A DNA stretch of 53,518 nt, the filler included, from Basidiobolus ranarum (Eukaryota): NCBI GenBank assembly GCA_040143965.1. It is 4 parts of 4 records of this genome, joined end to end, with 100 filler letters (N's around TTAATTAATTAA, not from the genome) between each part and the next. Parts side by side here need not be neighbours in the genome. Positions count along the whole stretch, not along the records: positions 26,865 to 40,147 come from JASJQH010007367.1; positions 40,248 to 53,518 come from JASJQH010007368.1; 2 more parts are not named here. One strand, given 5' to 3'. Positions within the stretch are counted from its first letter, which is position 1. Each line of letters starts with the position of its first letter. Position numbers and translations under genes: made by a program. The notes beneath the pieces were generated by a model. That model saw nothing but the letters and a program-made list of their open reading frames with translations, was not told where the DNA came from and did not search any database. Below are positions 26,865 to 40,732 of the stretch, in pieces.

Positions 26865-26948
26865 TTGTAGTTGCTGCTGCTGTTGCTGCTGCAATTGTTG
26901 TTGGTTAAAGCCAGTAAAGTTAAAAGTTTGATTGGAGAATGAGCTCAT
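26865..26948 (-). CDS. 5' fragment of a polyQ-containing gene, truncated at contig end
   Basis: ATG 26948: MSSFSNQTFNFTGFNQQQLQQQQQQQLQ runs into the spacer. Confidence 0.55.
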
Positions 26949-27917
26949 CTTATGCTCGACTAAGACAAATGCTTTATGTGCGCGCGAGTAGGTTTAGAAT
27001 CAATGATAGTCAGGGGTTTTGTGTGTGAACGATAAAAGAAAAATATAAAATAAGGATAATATTGAGTGAACAAGACAAGTTGGGCTGTAGGTCTGGAAAA
27101 GGAACAGGATGGATATTTTAGAAGAGCGGAGACTCGCGTTAAAATCTAGGGATGTAGAAGAAAAATATGCAAAGAAAATTTTGGGGATTAAGTGGCATGG
27201 TGATTTTAATATAATTATCAGTCTCTGCTACTCAACAAAATTGTCAAAAAAATTAGGCCAATCTATCAAAGTTTAGATCCACCCTTCCTGGCCTCAATTG
27301 TATCAGTCCGTATTATAAAGCTATAAGGATCCTATAGAGTGCGCCACCTTTAGGATCAATATAAATAGCTTTTATCAATAAAGAAAGCGTGGTTCAACTT
27401 AGAATGATTAGATCTAATCAAATCTAGCTCAGTATAAATGCGCATTCTATATCAAGTTTAATTCAGCACGACGCAGCCCTTTTGAGGGTTTTTGACAGAA
27501 TACGGAACACTTTGAGCCACAAAATAGACATTAGGAGGATGATATAAGAATTGTATTCAGATATGAAGACTTGTACAACTCACGATTTCATTTACCCCAC
27601 GTAGAACCAATATCTACTTGATGAAGATTCCGAATACCCCGAATGTTCCGCTTAGTGTTAGGCCTTACCAGGGTCAAGCTTAGTCATTAAGCGACTAATA
27701 GGATCAATGTACTAACACCACGTTGGATTGTTCTTGAAACTGTTCGCACGCTTAGTGGATATCTACGATGATCTTGTCTAACTTTATGGACAATCTTCAC
27801 CGCCACTGAGACATTACGATAATTATTTGACACTTTGTAAATTTTAGACAGATTTTATTTAAAAAAGAATAATTAACCATATATTACAGAAAAGCGACAT
27901 GTTGGAAGTCGATAATA

Positions 27918-28253
<336 letters not shown>

Positions 28254-28302
28254 TTACGAATGAGATCTAGAAGATGCCTTTGACACTATATAGTCCATAA
28301 TA

Positions 28303-28363
28303 ACGCGTTCCCCATCTTCCTGATGATAACCCACACGCGAAAAAGAAGAAAATTGAAACGCGT
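28303..28363. promoter_or_regulatory. Cluster of MCB/SCB-like G1/S elements in the H4 promoter
   Basis: ACGCGT at 28303 and 28358, ACGCGAAA at 28335, 75-135 bp upstream of the H4 ATG. Confidence 0.6.
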
Positions 28364-28500
28364 ACAAATACTCCACCCCATTGGATGGATCTAAATGGAA
28401 ATAATGGTGTTGGAGAAACACGAAGATATTGGTGGATTTATAATCACCATGGAAGATTGATTTTTTACATTTATATTAATTAGTTATATTATTCGTGAAT

Positions 28501-29547
28501 TTAGATCTTATTAGCAATGAAGCCAATTATCATGATGAGTACAATGATGATGGCAGCATTAAAGCATCTATTGGCACTCAGCCTGGGGAAACACAATCAG
28601 TTGAATAAATTGTGACATAAATTAAATCAACAATAACTCACCGATTGTAAGTCTTCAGGGCTCGGCACGTCCAGGTGTTTCTCTCAAAAGGCTAGGATGA
28701 TAATTGTCAGATATTGAATTGGAAATTTTTGGATGATCTATCAATACTAACCGTATATCTTGGGTGTTGAGTTGGCTCTCTTTGACCACCCAAGCCGCTC
28801 AGTATACCTACGCCAAGTGTTTCATGTATCCAGAGTTATTTTAGTAACATTCAAAGTCTCTACTATGATGGTGTATGTACCTGTTTCAAGCGCCACTCCA
28901 TGCGACTCTTGAAGTTGATGGGAAAAATCTGTTAATCTGGCGGTATCATTGAGGAGTCTCGTCTTCTGATCCATACTTGTAGAATCCAAGTCCAAAGTAA
29001 CATGACCTGAAAGTAATTTTGTTTGCTCATTTGCAGGAGGTGACATTCGGGTCTAATGTTCATGTTTACGCAATATAGTTAATATGAGTTTGTACGTAGC
29101 AAATGCGAGTTATCAAACTTACCAGGCATTTCTTTAAGGTTCCAAGTTCGTTTCTGTAATTTTTTAAACGAACTTGATGGCGAGTTCGCAGGTTTTGAGG
29201 TAGGTTAAAAAGTTCCATCTCCATTTGTCCTATCTAATGATAATTATTGAAAGGAATAAAGAATACCTATTTAGTCGGGTTCTTTTGCAAAATAATAGAG
29301 AAACAAGTACGGACTATCTCCCCGGCTTCTTCTAATTCTCGTCCCGTTGCCTGAATACTAGCTTTTTGTACTTCTAAATTTATGTTCAGCACGTTAGTTA
29401 TGATAGGAGAATACAAATCCTTGTATTAAGTCAGAGGTTACCTCCAAACTGCTCTGGAATGCTGACATTTAGTTTTCTAGAGATAGAAATACTCAATGCT
29501 GTATATTCTTGTTCTAAGGACTCGAAGAGCTCAAGGTTTTCAGACAT
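28501..29547 (-). CDS. VTI1: Diverged VTI1-like Qb-SNARE, ~7 exons (possibly a decaying paralog)
   Basis: MSENLELFESLEQEY..; RELEEAGEIIGQMEME; DQKTRLLNDTARL..LQESHGVALET; GQRE zero layer; C-terminal TM AAIIIVLIMIIGFIANKI*. Confidence 0.8.
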
Positions 29548-31051
29548 TTCCAAAACGTAGGTAGAGGATGAATGTGACTTTGCTTACAAGTACAGTGTTG
29601 TGTTAAATAGTGTGACTTGTAATTTAGCACCTCAAAAGTCCAATGCACATATCTAATCTAGTACTATCTTAATGTCATTGTTGTAAATAGAAATGTAGAT
29701 TGGTGAAACAGTTATCAAGTATTATCGCCACCTTCAATACTCTCAAACCAGTTTAGAATTTTTAGATTGATAAACTAATGCTGAAGATTATATCTGTATT
29801 GATCGTTCACGTTGCCTCAATACACAATAAGAAATAGAATGGTAGCACAAGGGCAATTAAGCATTCATCAATCGCGTTTCTCAATAAGCACCAAAGTAGA
29901 TTATGCAATATATGTATACGGAAGGGCTATGCCAAGTTTACTCTGAACCTATGGAACTAAAGCACCATCACATGATGACACTGCTTTAACAGTGTTAGGG
30001 CCAACTTCATACTTTTGAAGTGCTTGAATTGGTTAGATGAAATTAATATTGTCATTTTTTTCATTAATGCTGAGATATATTGTCATTTCCCATTTCACAT
30101 ATTTATGCACTGCTCTTAAGGCATTTGGGTCATAACTCTACCTACATTCAGCATTCGATCCAGTAGGTTCTCCAGTAGAGAGATGGTAATATTATGGTTG
30201 AATTGTAGTGTTGCTTGGAACACTATAGATAATAATAAGAGTATTTACTAGAGGAATGAAAGCACCAGTCAGAGGTATTCTTCGTTTAAACTGTTATATA
30301 TAGAAACCACCGAATATTAACCAAACTTGTATCTTGATTAAGGTCTGATGGAACTTGCAAAGCAAAAGAGCATTATGGGCCGATGTAGAAAATTTGCATA
30401 TTTATTCTAATTTGGTACTCGGCAAACTAAGTTTTTAGACTCTTTAATCTAGACACTACACCAATATATCATAATAATCACAATTGTTATTGATTCCATT
30501 AGATCTTCCATTAGATCTACACCAACACATGTTTTCTTTTCAATTCCAGAACATTAATTGCTTCATTTACTTTACTCCTCTACCCTATTTAGATGAGTGC
30601 ATCACGTGATTATTCCACTGAAATAATGTTCCTCGATCTAAAACGATCTACTCGAATAGATATCAACTAAAAATGGCAAATTCAACAAACAAATACTTAT
30701 TCCACTCTGGTGTATTCTGGAGCTGAACCATGATTCATAAAATTCATAAAATGGTATATTCTAGATTTTAGTTCCTTCAAAAACTTGGTATTAGGTGAGA
30801 TCTAGGAGTGTATCTGCCGCAATATCTTCTGAAAACGCGAGAAAAAAGTGTCCATTGTTGCAACCGAGGTGTAGATCGCGATGTTTATGGAAAGGTTAGA
30901 ATAAAGAAGATCTCGGTAAATTGTCGATGTTTTGTTCGTCTTGCCCAATGAAAAACAGTGAGCTAGAGAAGAGTGCTTAATGTGAAAGATATAAAGTGTT
31001 GAGATTTTTACTACAAGAATCGCAAAGTTAATTTACTATATCATTCTCACA

Positions 31052-32152
31052 ATGTCTGCTACTACCAAAGATTCAGTCGATAATGTTAAAGCAGTGGTAA
31101 AGAATGAAGACAAGGAGACAAAGGACCAAGTTAGCTCTTTAAAGAAGGCAGTCAGACCAAATACTCCATTACCCGAAGAGCAAGATGAGCCTTTACTCAA
31201 ACTCAACCCTAGACGCTTTGTACTCTTTCCTATACGTTATCACGATGTTTGGCAAATGTACAAGAAAGCAGAGGCTTCTATCTGGACTGCTGAAGAAGTA
31301 GACCTCTCAAAAGATATGACCGATTGGGAAAACCTTAACGACGGCGAGCGCCACTTTATTTCCCACGTCCTTGCTTTCTTCGCTGCCTCCGACGGTATTG
31401 TTAACGAGAACTTGGTAGAGAGATTTAGTGACGAAGTCCAGATCCCCGAAGCACGTTTCTTTTACGGTTTCCAGATTATGATAGAGAATATCCACTCCGA
31501 AATGTATTCCTTGTTAATAGACACTTATATTAAGGAGCCTGTCGAACGCGAAAGATTGTTTAATGCTATTGAAACTGTCCCTTGTATTACCAAGAAGGCT
31601 GAATGGGCATTGAAATGGATTTCTGACCGCGAGTCGCCCTTCGCATTGCGTCTAGTAGCTTTTGCCGCAGTTGAGGGAATCTTTTTCTCTGGTTCGTTCG
31701 CCTCCATCTTTTGGATGAAAAAACGTGGTCTTATGCCTGGACTTACATTCTCGAATGAACTTATTTCTCGTGACGAAGGTCTTCACACTGACTTTGCTTG
31801 TTTGTTGTTTTCTCTATTGAAAAAGAGACCAAGTGTAGAGACGGTGACAGCCATTATCACTGAAGCAGTATCCATTGAGCAGGAATTCTTAACCGATGCT
31901 TTACCAGTTGCATTGATTGGTATGAACGCTAAACTCATGGGACAATATATTGAATTCGTTGCTGATAGATTATTGGTTGCATTGGACTGTCCCAAGGTAT
32001 ACGAAGTAGAGAATCCATTTGATTTCATGGATCTTATCTCTCTACAAGGTAAAACCAATTTCTTTGAAAAGCGCGTATCTGATTATCAGAAGGCTGGTGT
32101 TTTGACTTCTGCTAAAGATGAAGGAGTATTCTCGCTTGATGCGGACTTCTAA
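31052..32152 (+). CDS. RNR2: Ribonucleotide reductase small subunit (class Ia R2), intronless
   Basis: [40 protein letters not shown]-terminal FSLDADF. Confidence 0.98.
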   Translation: MSATTKDSVDNVKAVVKNEDKETKDQVSSLKKAVRPNTPLPEEQDEPLLKLNPRRFVLFPIRYHDVWQMYKKAEASIWTAEEVDLSKDMTDWENLNDGERHFISHVLAFFAASDGIVNENLVERFSDEVQIPEARFFYGFQIMIENIHSEMYSLLIDTYIKEPVERERLFNAIETVPCITKKAEWALKWISDRESPFALRLVAFAAVEGIFFSGSFASIFWMKKRGLMPGLTFSNELISRDEGLHTDFACLLFSLLKKRPSVETVTAIITEAVSIEQEFLTDALPVALIGMNAKLMGQYIEFVADRLLVALDCPKVYEVENPFDFMDLISLQGKTNFFEKRVSDYQKAGVLTSAKDEGVFSLDADF

Positions 32153-32661
32153 GCATATAATATGCAAGATATTATTGATTTTTTCTGTAAATAAAGATCA
32201 ATCTGAATAAATTCATGTCTAGTATCCTATATATATAGTAGCGGACTGTCGATTTACGTGGATATGATACATGTGTGAATGCTACCACTAAACTTTGCAT
32301 ACAATTGGATGCTACAGCATACTGAGTATTAGTGACACGTGACCAATCTGTGCATTGAATCAAGTTAGCACTCACAAAACCATTTGTCAGAACATATAAA
32401 GGGTATTTTAGCTTTTGCCAAAGGGAACAGGTTTGATGGGACATTCAACATAGGTTTGTCCAAGAAAAGTGAAAAGTTACACCGAGGAGTTTGTGGAACA
32501 AGTGTCACTAGTTTCCAACTTTTAATCAAGATGCTGTGAATTTATTGCGAATATCAATGAATTATAGAGATTTAAAATTAATAGGTCTGACCATTGAATA
32601 GGCGGGTTGGGAAGCATTAAAAAGTAGATTATTTGTGGATGAATAAAGCCAAGTCGGTTGT

Positions 32662-33879
32662 CTATAACAGGCTCTTGATACGCTTAGGCATTCCTGAGGA
32701 TTCAAGAAGGGATTCCTCTGCGGAAAGGATACGAGGACCATCGCCAACAGGTGTGTGAAGAATTTGTTTGACGCTACCAACAGGGAAGATAGGTACAACA
32801 TTTTCAACAACTGGCTTCTTTTGACCTAAAGGTTCTTCGAGTACATGGTAAGGGTCCTTGAAGTATTCAGAAGCATCGGAGGAAGGGAAATAGTGAGCGA
32901 TGAGCTGGATAATTTCGGGGATGTTTTGCCTGGGTGCGTAAATAACGGCATTTGGTCCAGCATCAAAGGTATATGCGGCCTTGATACCCTCGGGTCCAGA
33001 GTTGTATTCAGAGATGATGCGAATAATAGCACGGGAGACATCGTTCAAATAAAAGATAGGTGGATAAGTATCCAAACAAACGGCATGGAACTGATTGGAA
33101 TCCTTCATGGTAAGTTCAGCAAAGGCGGAGAAGTCACGCTTAAGGATAGCTTCTGACATGGCCTTCATACGTCCAGGAACTACACGAAGGCGTTCTTGAA
33201 GGAGTGGTGAAGTTTCAACAGTGGTTTGCATGCCAGATGTAGAACTAACCCCCTTTTTGGCGTCGCTAACAACGCAGATGAGTGCCTCAATTTCTGGCCA
33301 GTGGCTTTGAGGTGCTACTTGAACTGCTCCGCTGTCTGAGCCATCTGAAGCAGTACCCATCTCCCAGGCAACAAATCCCCCGAACAAAGAACGACAAGCT
33401 GAACCAGAGCCAAGGCGAGCGATTTTAGAGAGTTCAGTGGTAGAGAGAGGAAGCTCAAATAATTGTGCAAGAGTATATACTAAACAAGCATAACCAGAAG
33501 CAGAGGAAGCTAGTCCAGCTGCGGTGGGGAAGTTATTTTCTGAGCAAACATGAACTCTTTGGTTTGATAGAGCCTCTACAGCTTTGCCTTCTTCTTTAAG
33601 TTTGTTCTCGACTTCTTGACGTAAGCGTCTAGTTTCGGCAAAACAATTTACAAGACGGGAGTTACTGGAAATATCTTCCTCAATACCATTTAACCAAAGT
33701 CTGTCTTTGGCAAATGAAGGGTCGGTACAGATTGTGGTCTTAGAGTGAAGCTGATCTTGCGACAAGGTTGCAGAGAGAGAGGAGTTGGTAGGAAGAATAA
33801 GTTTACTATCACGCTTTCCCCAGTACTTAACAACAGCAATGTTGACAGGTGCGGTACAAGTAACTTCTCTTCTGGTCAT
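32662..33879 (-). CDS. MVD1: Diphosphomevalonate decarboxylase, intronless
   Basis: APVNIAVVKYWGKRD, NNFPTAAGLASSASG, GSGSACRS, AYTFDAGPNA. Confidence 0.98.
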   Translation of the reverse strand: MTRREVTCTAPVNIAVVKYWGKRDSKLILPTNSSLSATLSQDQLHSKTTICTDPSFAKDRLWLNGIEEDISSNSRLVNCFAETRRLRQEVENKLKEEGKAVEALSNQRVHVCSENNFPTAAGLASSASGYACLVYTLAQLFELPLSTTELSKIARLGSGSACRSLFGGFVAWEMGTASDGSDSGAVQVAPQSHWPEIEALICVVSDAKKGVSSTSGMQTTVETSPLLQERLRVVPGRMKAMSEAILKRDFSAFAELTMKDSNQFHAVCLDTYPPIFYLNDVSRAIIRIISEYNSGPEGIKAAYTFDAGPNAVIYAPRQNIPEIIQLIAHYFPSSDASEYFKDPYHVLEEPLGQKKPVVENVVPIFPVGSVKQILHTPVGDGPRILSAEESLLESSGMPKRIKSLL

Positions 33880-34299
33880 GATGATATTGTTTAGTTAGAG
33901 CGATACCTGAGGAGGACTACAACGGTTTTGAGCTGTGAAATATCTAGCTTCCCCAGCCATGTGGATCAAGTTGTATTTTGATTGGTAGGTCAATAATCTC
34001 GGACATACGTTGTATGAATCAAAATCCACTGTGAAATTAAAATTTAATTACAATTCTCTTAGATTGTCAACACAAGAAAATTCGGAAATCCTGAATTTCT
34101 TTTAGGATTAAGAATTTTTTTTTATGCCTATGAATTAATCAAAATGTGTAAAGTCACTTGTTGAAGTTGTGATAGATAGTTGAAGGTGAAAGTAAAGCAT
34201 GAGTGTAAGTGGAGTTAAAACTCTTGGATTTTAAGAAGAAAAATTACTAAGATGGAAGCTTTCTATTTACATCTAAATGGTCGAATATAGACCATTTCA

Positions 34300-37200
34300 A
34301 TGCTTGAAAAAAGGCTTCTGGCAACGCCGGTAACCAGTTTGCGCTTTCATAATGAAGAGTTGCTCTTGGTCGGGAATGGTCCGCGCTTGGAACTTTATCA
34401 TGTACCAACTTGTACTGTCATTGATTCAACAGTAGTTCTTGAGTCGAATAGAATTCATCGGATAGTATTTGGTGAGTGAAATTCCCGCTCAACAATTTCA
34501 GTCTAGACCATATGAGATATCGCTAACACAATACAAAAGCTACTCGAATCGTTAGAGATAATACCGAATCTAGAGCTATTGTTGTATACGGTGGAAAAAG
34601 CATACGCTTTTTACAACTAGAAGTGGAGGGAGGGTAAGTTTTTCTGTTTCATTTCGCGGTAGAAAATTGACTCACTAAAAATGAAACCATTTTACATTTA
34701 CAAAAGAACTAATGACGAAGTACCAAAATGTCGATTTGTACTAGGTGAATTACTTTCAGATTTGGCTGATTGGGTTCTCGACGTGACTCTCTTGTATCCA
34801 ACCGAGGATTCTGTAAGTTCGAATTTGCAGTTGATTATACGAAGCCTATGCTGACTAGATGTTTGAAAGGTTGAGCCCAATGAGATGGCTATTGTGTATG
34901 CGCACAATTTTATTGAAATATGGGATATCGAGACATTCACTCGAGTATATCACAATCAATGCGAGGTCCGGTGTATATTGTAAGTTTATTCTTATACCAA
35001 ACAGAAGGTGTTGCATTTGTTCACCAAGCTATGGTCATAGATATTCAGCTAGGTTTTTCGGCACTCGGCGAGAAGACTTGATTCTAGCTTCTGGAACAGT
35101 CTTTAACGAAGTTCATTTGTGGTCTGCGACGAAAAAGAACTCCTCTGGTGACGGCTTTGTCTACAAGAAATTCATTGGCCATGAGGTAGACTTAGATCCC
35201 ACTTTACCAGACATTCGATACAATCCACTTACACTTGGCAGGGGGTGATTTTTGGTATTAGGTTTAGTGAGGACGGGAAGCTACTAAACTCAGTGTCAGA
35301 TGATCGTACAATCCGCATCTGGAAAACGCATCAAGAGAAGTGAGTTATCGTTGTTGACAGAAACTTGTGGTCTATTCTAAAACTGTATATTTATTTAGTT
35401 CGAAACCAAAGGTGATTTATGGACACTTTGCAAGAATCTGGGATTGTCAGATGCTTGATCGCTACCTGATTAGTGTCTCTGAGGTAGGAACTCTTTATTC
35501 GTGTCACCTGTGCGTGGTCAAATTGTTGAGTTGTTGTATAGGACTCTACATGTCGAGTCTGGTCTTTCGGCGACATTGATGCGGAGGATGAGATCAACTG
35601 TTTAGCTTGCTGGGATGGACACTCCGGAAAAAACGTTTGGAGTGTAGCGGTTAGTCCCTCGCAAAAGGTTGTGGCCACTGGAGGTGGTGATTCCGGTATT
35701 CGGTTGTGGTCTTTGGATTCCGTAGAACGGAGCAAAATTGGTATTTCTATCGTTGTTCGGTGTCAAATTCGGGAATAGGCAACTAATTTGCTGCAATGAT
35801 TATTCTTCCAGAATCAATTAGTCAAATGAGCGAATTGGCCCTTCCTGATCCTACTACTTACTTGACCGAAGGGCAGGTTCTACAAAACGTGTGTATATTT
35901 GCTTACTATTGGTTCTTCTGTTGCTGGTGACTAACTTTGGTGCATAGACTGAGACTCGGACAAAGGAACATATCCGCAATTTTGTGGCTCTGGATTATTC
36001 AACTGTGGTTCTCAGCACTCATATTGGGTACCATTCCTAATTCCCCATTTTCTCTGATAAATACAAAACTCACCATTCGTCACTAAAGCCATGTTTTGAA
36101 GTACGAGCATAAGAAGGATCTTTGGAGCCAAGTATATTTTGATCAGGATTTATTCAGCTATTCCATGATGTGTGCTTCTGAATGTGGTCGAGTAGTTGCT
36201 TGCGGTACGCTTTCAGGTCAACTAATTCTACTCAGTCCCACGTCGGAATTCAAGGTTTGCTTCCATTAGTTCTTCAATGATGGTAATCAACACATGTTCA
36301 ACTCGATTATAGCCTTTGAAGGTTCAGGTGCACCAAGAGAAGGTTTTCGAAATCTTTGTAATACCCTCAGCAGGTGAGAATTCTCTGATACACGTGACGA
36401 TTCCTACACTTTGATATTCATTGATTTTCCAGATCCCACTGTGTTTAACGTGATCTCTCATGGTGTTGGCAATGAAATCTTCTGGCAACGTTTCGACGTT
36501 CGTGATCCTGAAAATGTATGTATTCGCCTCGAACCAACACAAACAAACTGATCTAACATGATACTATCTAGCCCACATTCCTAACCGTCGCGCAACTCGA
36601 TTTTCCTTCCAAAGTGTTACTTTTATCAGTGGCGCTAGATGAGGATGTGGGACTCCTGGTTTGTGGTACACGCGAGAGTCATTTGTTGGTGTATCATCAA
36701 ATCGATGCCTCTACACATCAGACCGAGACCGAGACCGAAACTTCAGCTAAACCTCCAATAATCTATCCCTCGATTATCATTCGTAAAGCTCACGAAAAGC
36801 AAGCTGTCACTGCGATTGTAATTCAAAAGAGCAAAGATGCTAAGGGGGCCACCAAGGTTATGCTCTATTCCACCGGTCGTGATGGTGCTTTTTCCCAGTA
36901 TCGAATCGAGGGACTAACTTCTACCGTAGGACAAAACAATGATGAGGACATGGAGTTAAGTGATGATGAAGATGATGATGAGGCTACCAAATTGCCCGCA
37001 TCAAATGTACTCGACATTTCCTACAATTCGTCAAGCAAGATAACTTTAGACAGAGTATATAGAGCTAAAGTCACCAAAGGCTGGCTTGAGGGTCTCACCT
37101 TTGCATCAGGCAACCTGTTGCTCCTAGGCTTTTACAGAAAGCGCTTCTTTGTTTACAACGAGTCAAAGCGGTATGAGGTGTTATCTGTTGCTTGTGGTGG

Positions 37201-38746
37201 TGCGCATAGAAGATGGCATTTTAGGACTAAGGATGTGGGTATGAGTCTCGCCACCTTCAACTTCATTAGAAGAGATAGAATACTTTCATATTATATGGAG
37301 ACTGAAGCACAGGATGTCAAAAGTTCCTTTGTAGATCCAAAACTCAAAGAGTCCTATCATGGCAGAGAGGTTAGAGCAATCAAGTACTTGAATTACTCAG
37401 GTAGAAGTTCATTGAACGATCCAATCGTATTCGTTACTGGTGGTGAGGATTGCTTATTGAAAATCTTCCAATACATGCCGAGCTCCAACTTCGATAGCAT
37501 CAGAAACATCAAAACCATAAAGAAACACACCTCGGTGATCAAAAGTATCTGCGAAAGCAAGGGCATCGAGCACTGCTTGTTCACTAGTGGTGGTGGAGAA
37601 CAGTTGAGATGCTGGAAGATCGAAGTAGAGAAAACTGGAACATTCGAAGCAAACACCGAGTTGGCTGCTGTGGGTTGTCTTGAATGGGCAGTTTGTCCTA
37701 AAGTCAGGTATTTAGCTATTTATTTTACTCTTATTTCCACGCCTTTACTTATGAGTGATTTTACAGTGATATTGCAGAGACTCGTATCATGGATACCACA
37801 GTATTTACACTGGATCCCAACAGTGGGCTTCATTTCATTGGTGTTGTTTATTCAGACGCAGTCATCAGAGTAAGCTTAGTGCATCAACCCAAATTTGCAA
37901 ACAATTGACATCCTGCTAACATATCATTCTCAGCTCTGGGTATACAACGAGAGTCAACGGGAGTTTATACTACTCGCAGATGGCGGTTTCCACAACCATT
38001 GTATCTTGCAAGTCACTCATTGTGTTTTCGAAGGTTTTATCCCAGTCGTACAGCTGTTTTGAAAAACTCTGTTACTAATAACTATCGTTACTAGGGCAAG
38101 CTCTTCTATTTAGTGGTGCCACTGATGGTCGTGTAGCTATTTGGAATATCAGTGAAGTTGTTCAGAGGTAAATCACAAAGCGTCCATTTTACTTCTTTAT
38201 GGAGAATAATGAATATTTTCTAGATATTCGAACACCCTTGTCAAAACTGAAGTTGAAAAACTTTCACCCATTGCCAACTTCATGGTTCATATGTCTGGTG
38301 TAAATTGCTTAGATGTACTCCAAGAAGGTGACCAGATCTTGGTTGCCACTGGTGGAGATGACAACGCTTTAGCAGTCACAACTCTTACTTTAGCTAATGA
38401 CTCGCTGACTTTCACTAACACCTGTAAGAACATTTTGCCACCAGCCCATGCTTCAGCGCTACAGGGTATGTACAACTTTCAATTATTTGAGAAACCTACT
38501 GTGGAAGTTTTTTACTCATTCCTCCTCAATATCGTTTTAGCTGTTAAGCTTCTGAACATGGACACAGTGATCACTACTTCTACCGACCAAAGAATTAATA
38601 TTTGGAAGATTCAAAAAGACCTGGTACTTCAACAATCCTTATTTGTTGACGTTGCCGACCCTTCAGCTATGGATGTTTTCCACTTGACCCCAGAGAAGAT
38701 TCAATTGAGCATCACTGGAATTGGAATCCAAACTTTCCAGACTTAA
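34300..38746 (+). CDS. WDR6: WD40 protein WDR6/Trm734 (regulator of tRNA 2'-O-methyltransferase Trm7), many exons
   Basis: PVTSLRF; LASGTVFNEVHLW; GHEGVIF; SVSDDRTIRIW; GHFARIWD; ACGGAHRRW; YHGREVR; HMSGVNCL..TGGDDNAL; STDQRINIW. Confidence 0.92.
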
Positions 38747-39732
38747 ATTATCTATCTTATTATTCTCTACCTATAGACTCTGAGTAATGAAACTAGATTT
38801 TTCTGCTTTTTTCTATAATAAAGTAAAAGGATCTTTCTATAGATAATAAGTTGTTTGTGAAGTTAACTGGCAATGGCAAAATATCCATTCCGAGAGGCAA
38901 GTGATAGTTATATACCCAATCATCAAAATAAATATACCACCTAAGTATTCTCAGTATTTGCCATTCCTACTTTTATACATACGCAGTTCAAAATAATGAT
39001 AAACAAATATCTCTCACTTTGCACTTCACTACACACAGATATAATACTTGAACAGAATCCTTCTCACACATACATAATGAATGCTTATAAGTAACTGTAG
39101 TCATTCCTCGTTATATCTAACACTTCTTGTTTGCCCAACTATGGTATTCCAGAATGCTTATATACACTAGTACTCATAACTGATCCACCTTTTTGCATGC
39201 ATTTTTCCAATGACAATATCTCTATGCTGACTTCATGTTTTAACTTGATATTTGTCATATAACCTACTCAGTAACCAAATAACAGTCTTTGATGTCAAGA
39301 AAATGATTCCATCTTTCTTTATGCTGCTATATACATTTGCATTCAGCACTATCAGTCAATCAATTTTGAAATCACACTGTTTGATATCAATTTTTTACCA
39401 GCAATGACTTTTTAACTCTCCATTATTACTGATGGTTATATATGTTATCAAAATAGACCAAGCTATGTTTCAAAGTGTGGAATTTTGGAGTTGCTTATCT
39501 ATATATATTTACAAATCTTATTATTATTCACTATAGTATTCTCATATATCTATCAATTAAAAGTGGTTATTAGGTGCTCCTACGCTTAACAAAGTCATAA
39601 CAATTTCACTGATTGTCAATATGTGAGTCTCAAATGCTAGTTTTGTTGAAATTTGCATAGCCTAGACATCTATATACTCATATATATCTTAGTATTTAGT
39701 TGCTCCATATTTCATCAAGATATTGTTGAAGT

Positions 39733-40147
39733 TAGCATTGCCTAAATACCTATATAGTCATATATAGCTTGGTACTTAGTTATCTTAAAATTCACTAAGA
39801 TATTATCAATTATTCTCAATTGGAATTTACTTAGAATATTTTGCCAACTTGGAAGTTCTCAGATATATAGATTTTTCAAACTTGTGCTAGAAGCCCTAAC
39901 TTTGCACACATGTTCCTGGGACCTTCCTTAATACATTCTACATGTTAGTTTGCTTACATGGTGACAAAACTATAAATGTCAACTTTCTACTTAATAAATC
40001 AATAAGTGAAAATCACCAATTTCTCTAATTCTCCAAACTACTTCCAACAGGCTCCCAAATACTTTAATAGATATCACTCACTATTCTCAAGAGGAAATTT
40101 TATTGAAAATTTACATCAATCAGAAGTCCTCAGATATATAGATTCTT
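39733..40147 (-). repeat. Inverted copy of the ~340-bp repeat unit plus a partial further copy at contig end
   Basis: 39733-40066 is the reverse complement of ~26210-26542. 40083-40147 repeats 39812-39876. Confidence 0.85.
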
Positions 40148-40247
40148 NNNNNNNNNNNNNNNNNNNNNNNNNNNNNNNNNNNNNNNNNNNNTTAATTAAT
40201 TAANNNNNNNNNNNNNNNNNNNNNNNNNNNNNNNNNNNNNNNNNNNN
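40148..40247. other. Artificial contig spacer
   Basis: N44-TTAATTAATTAA-N44. Confidence 0.98.
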
Positions 40248-40254
40248 ACTACCG

Positions 40255-40732
40255 TGTAGAATGTGCTACGAAAGGTCCCAGACACATGTGTGCAAAGTTT
40301 GGGGCTCCTAGCATAAGTTTAAAAAATTCATATATCTGAGAACTTCTAAGTAAATTCCTCATGAGAATAATGGGTAATATCTTAGTTCAATATCAGATAA
40401 CTAAATAACAAGCTATATATGACTGTATAGGTGTTTAGGAAATACTAATTTCAACACTATATACTGTAAAAGTGTTTTGGGAGTTTGTTGGACATGGTTT
40501 TTCAAACCAGAAGAATTGGTGGTTTTCACTTATTGATTTATTGAGTTGAGAGTAGACATTTATAGCTTTATCAAGAGGTAAGAAACATGTATAATGTGCC
40601 AAGGAAGGTTCCAGAAATATATGTGCAAGGTTTGGGGCTTCTGGCACAAGTTTGAAAAATATATATATCTGAGAAGTTCTAAGTTGGTGTCAATATTCCA
40701 AGTAAATTCAGATTAAGAATAGTGGATGATAT
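40255..40732 (+). repeat. Two head-to-tail partial copies of the same repeat unit
   Basis: ATGTGTGCAAAGTTTGGGGCT..TAGCA.AAGTTT...ATATCTGAGAA core at ~40286 and ~40619, as at ~26364. Confidence 0.85.

Noticed and set aside
27475..27490. Histone stem-loop-like hairpin AGCCCTTTTGAGGGTT near H4
   Set aside because: Consensus-like only on the strand opposite H4, and ~430 bp from the stop codon.
39733..40732. Large inverted repeat centred on the gap
   Set aside because: The two arms belong to different, arbitrarily joined contigs; the ORF 40006-40203 crossing the gap is also artefactual.
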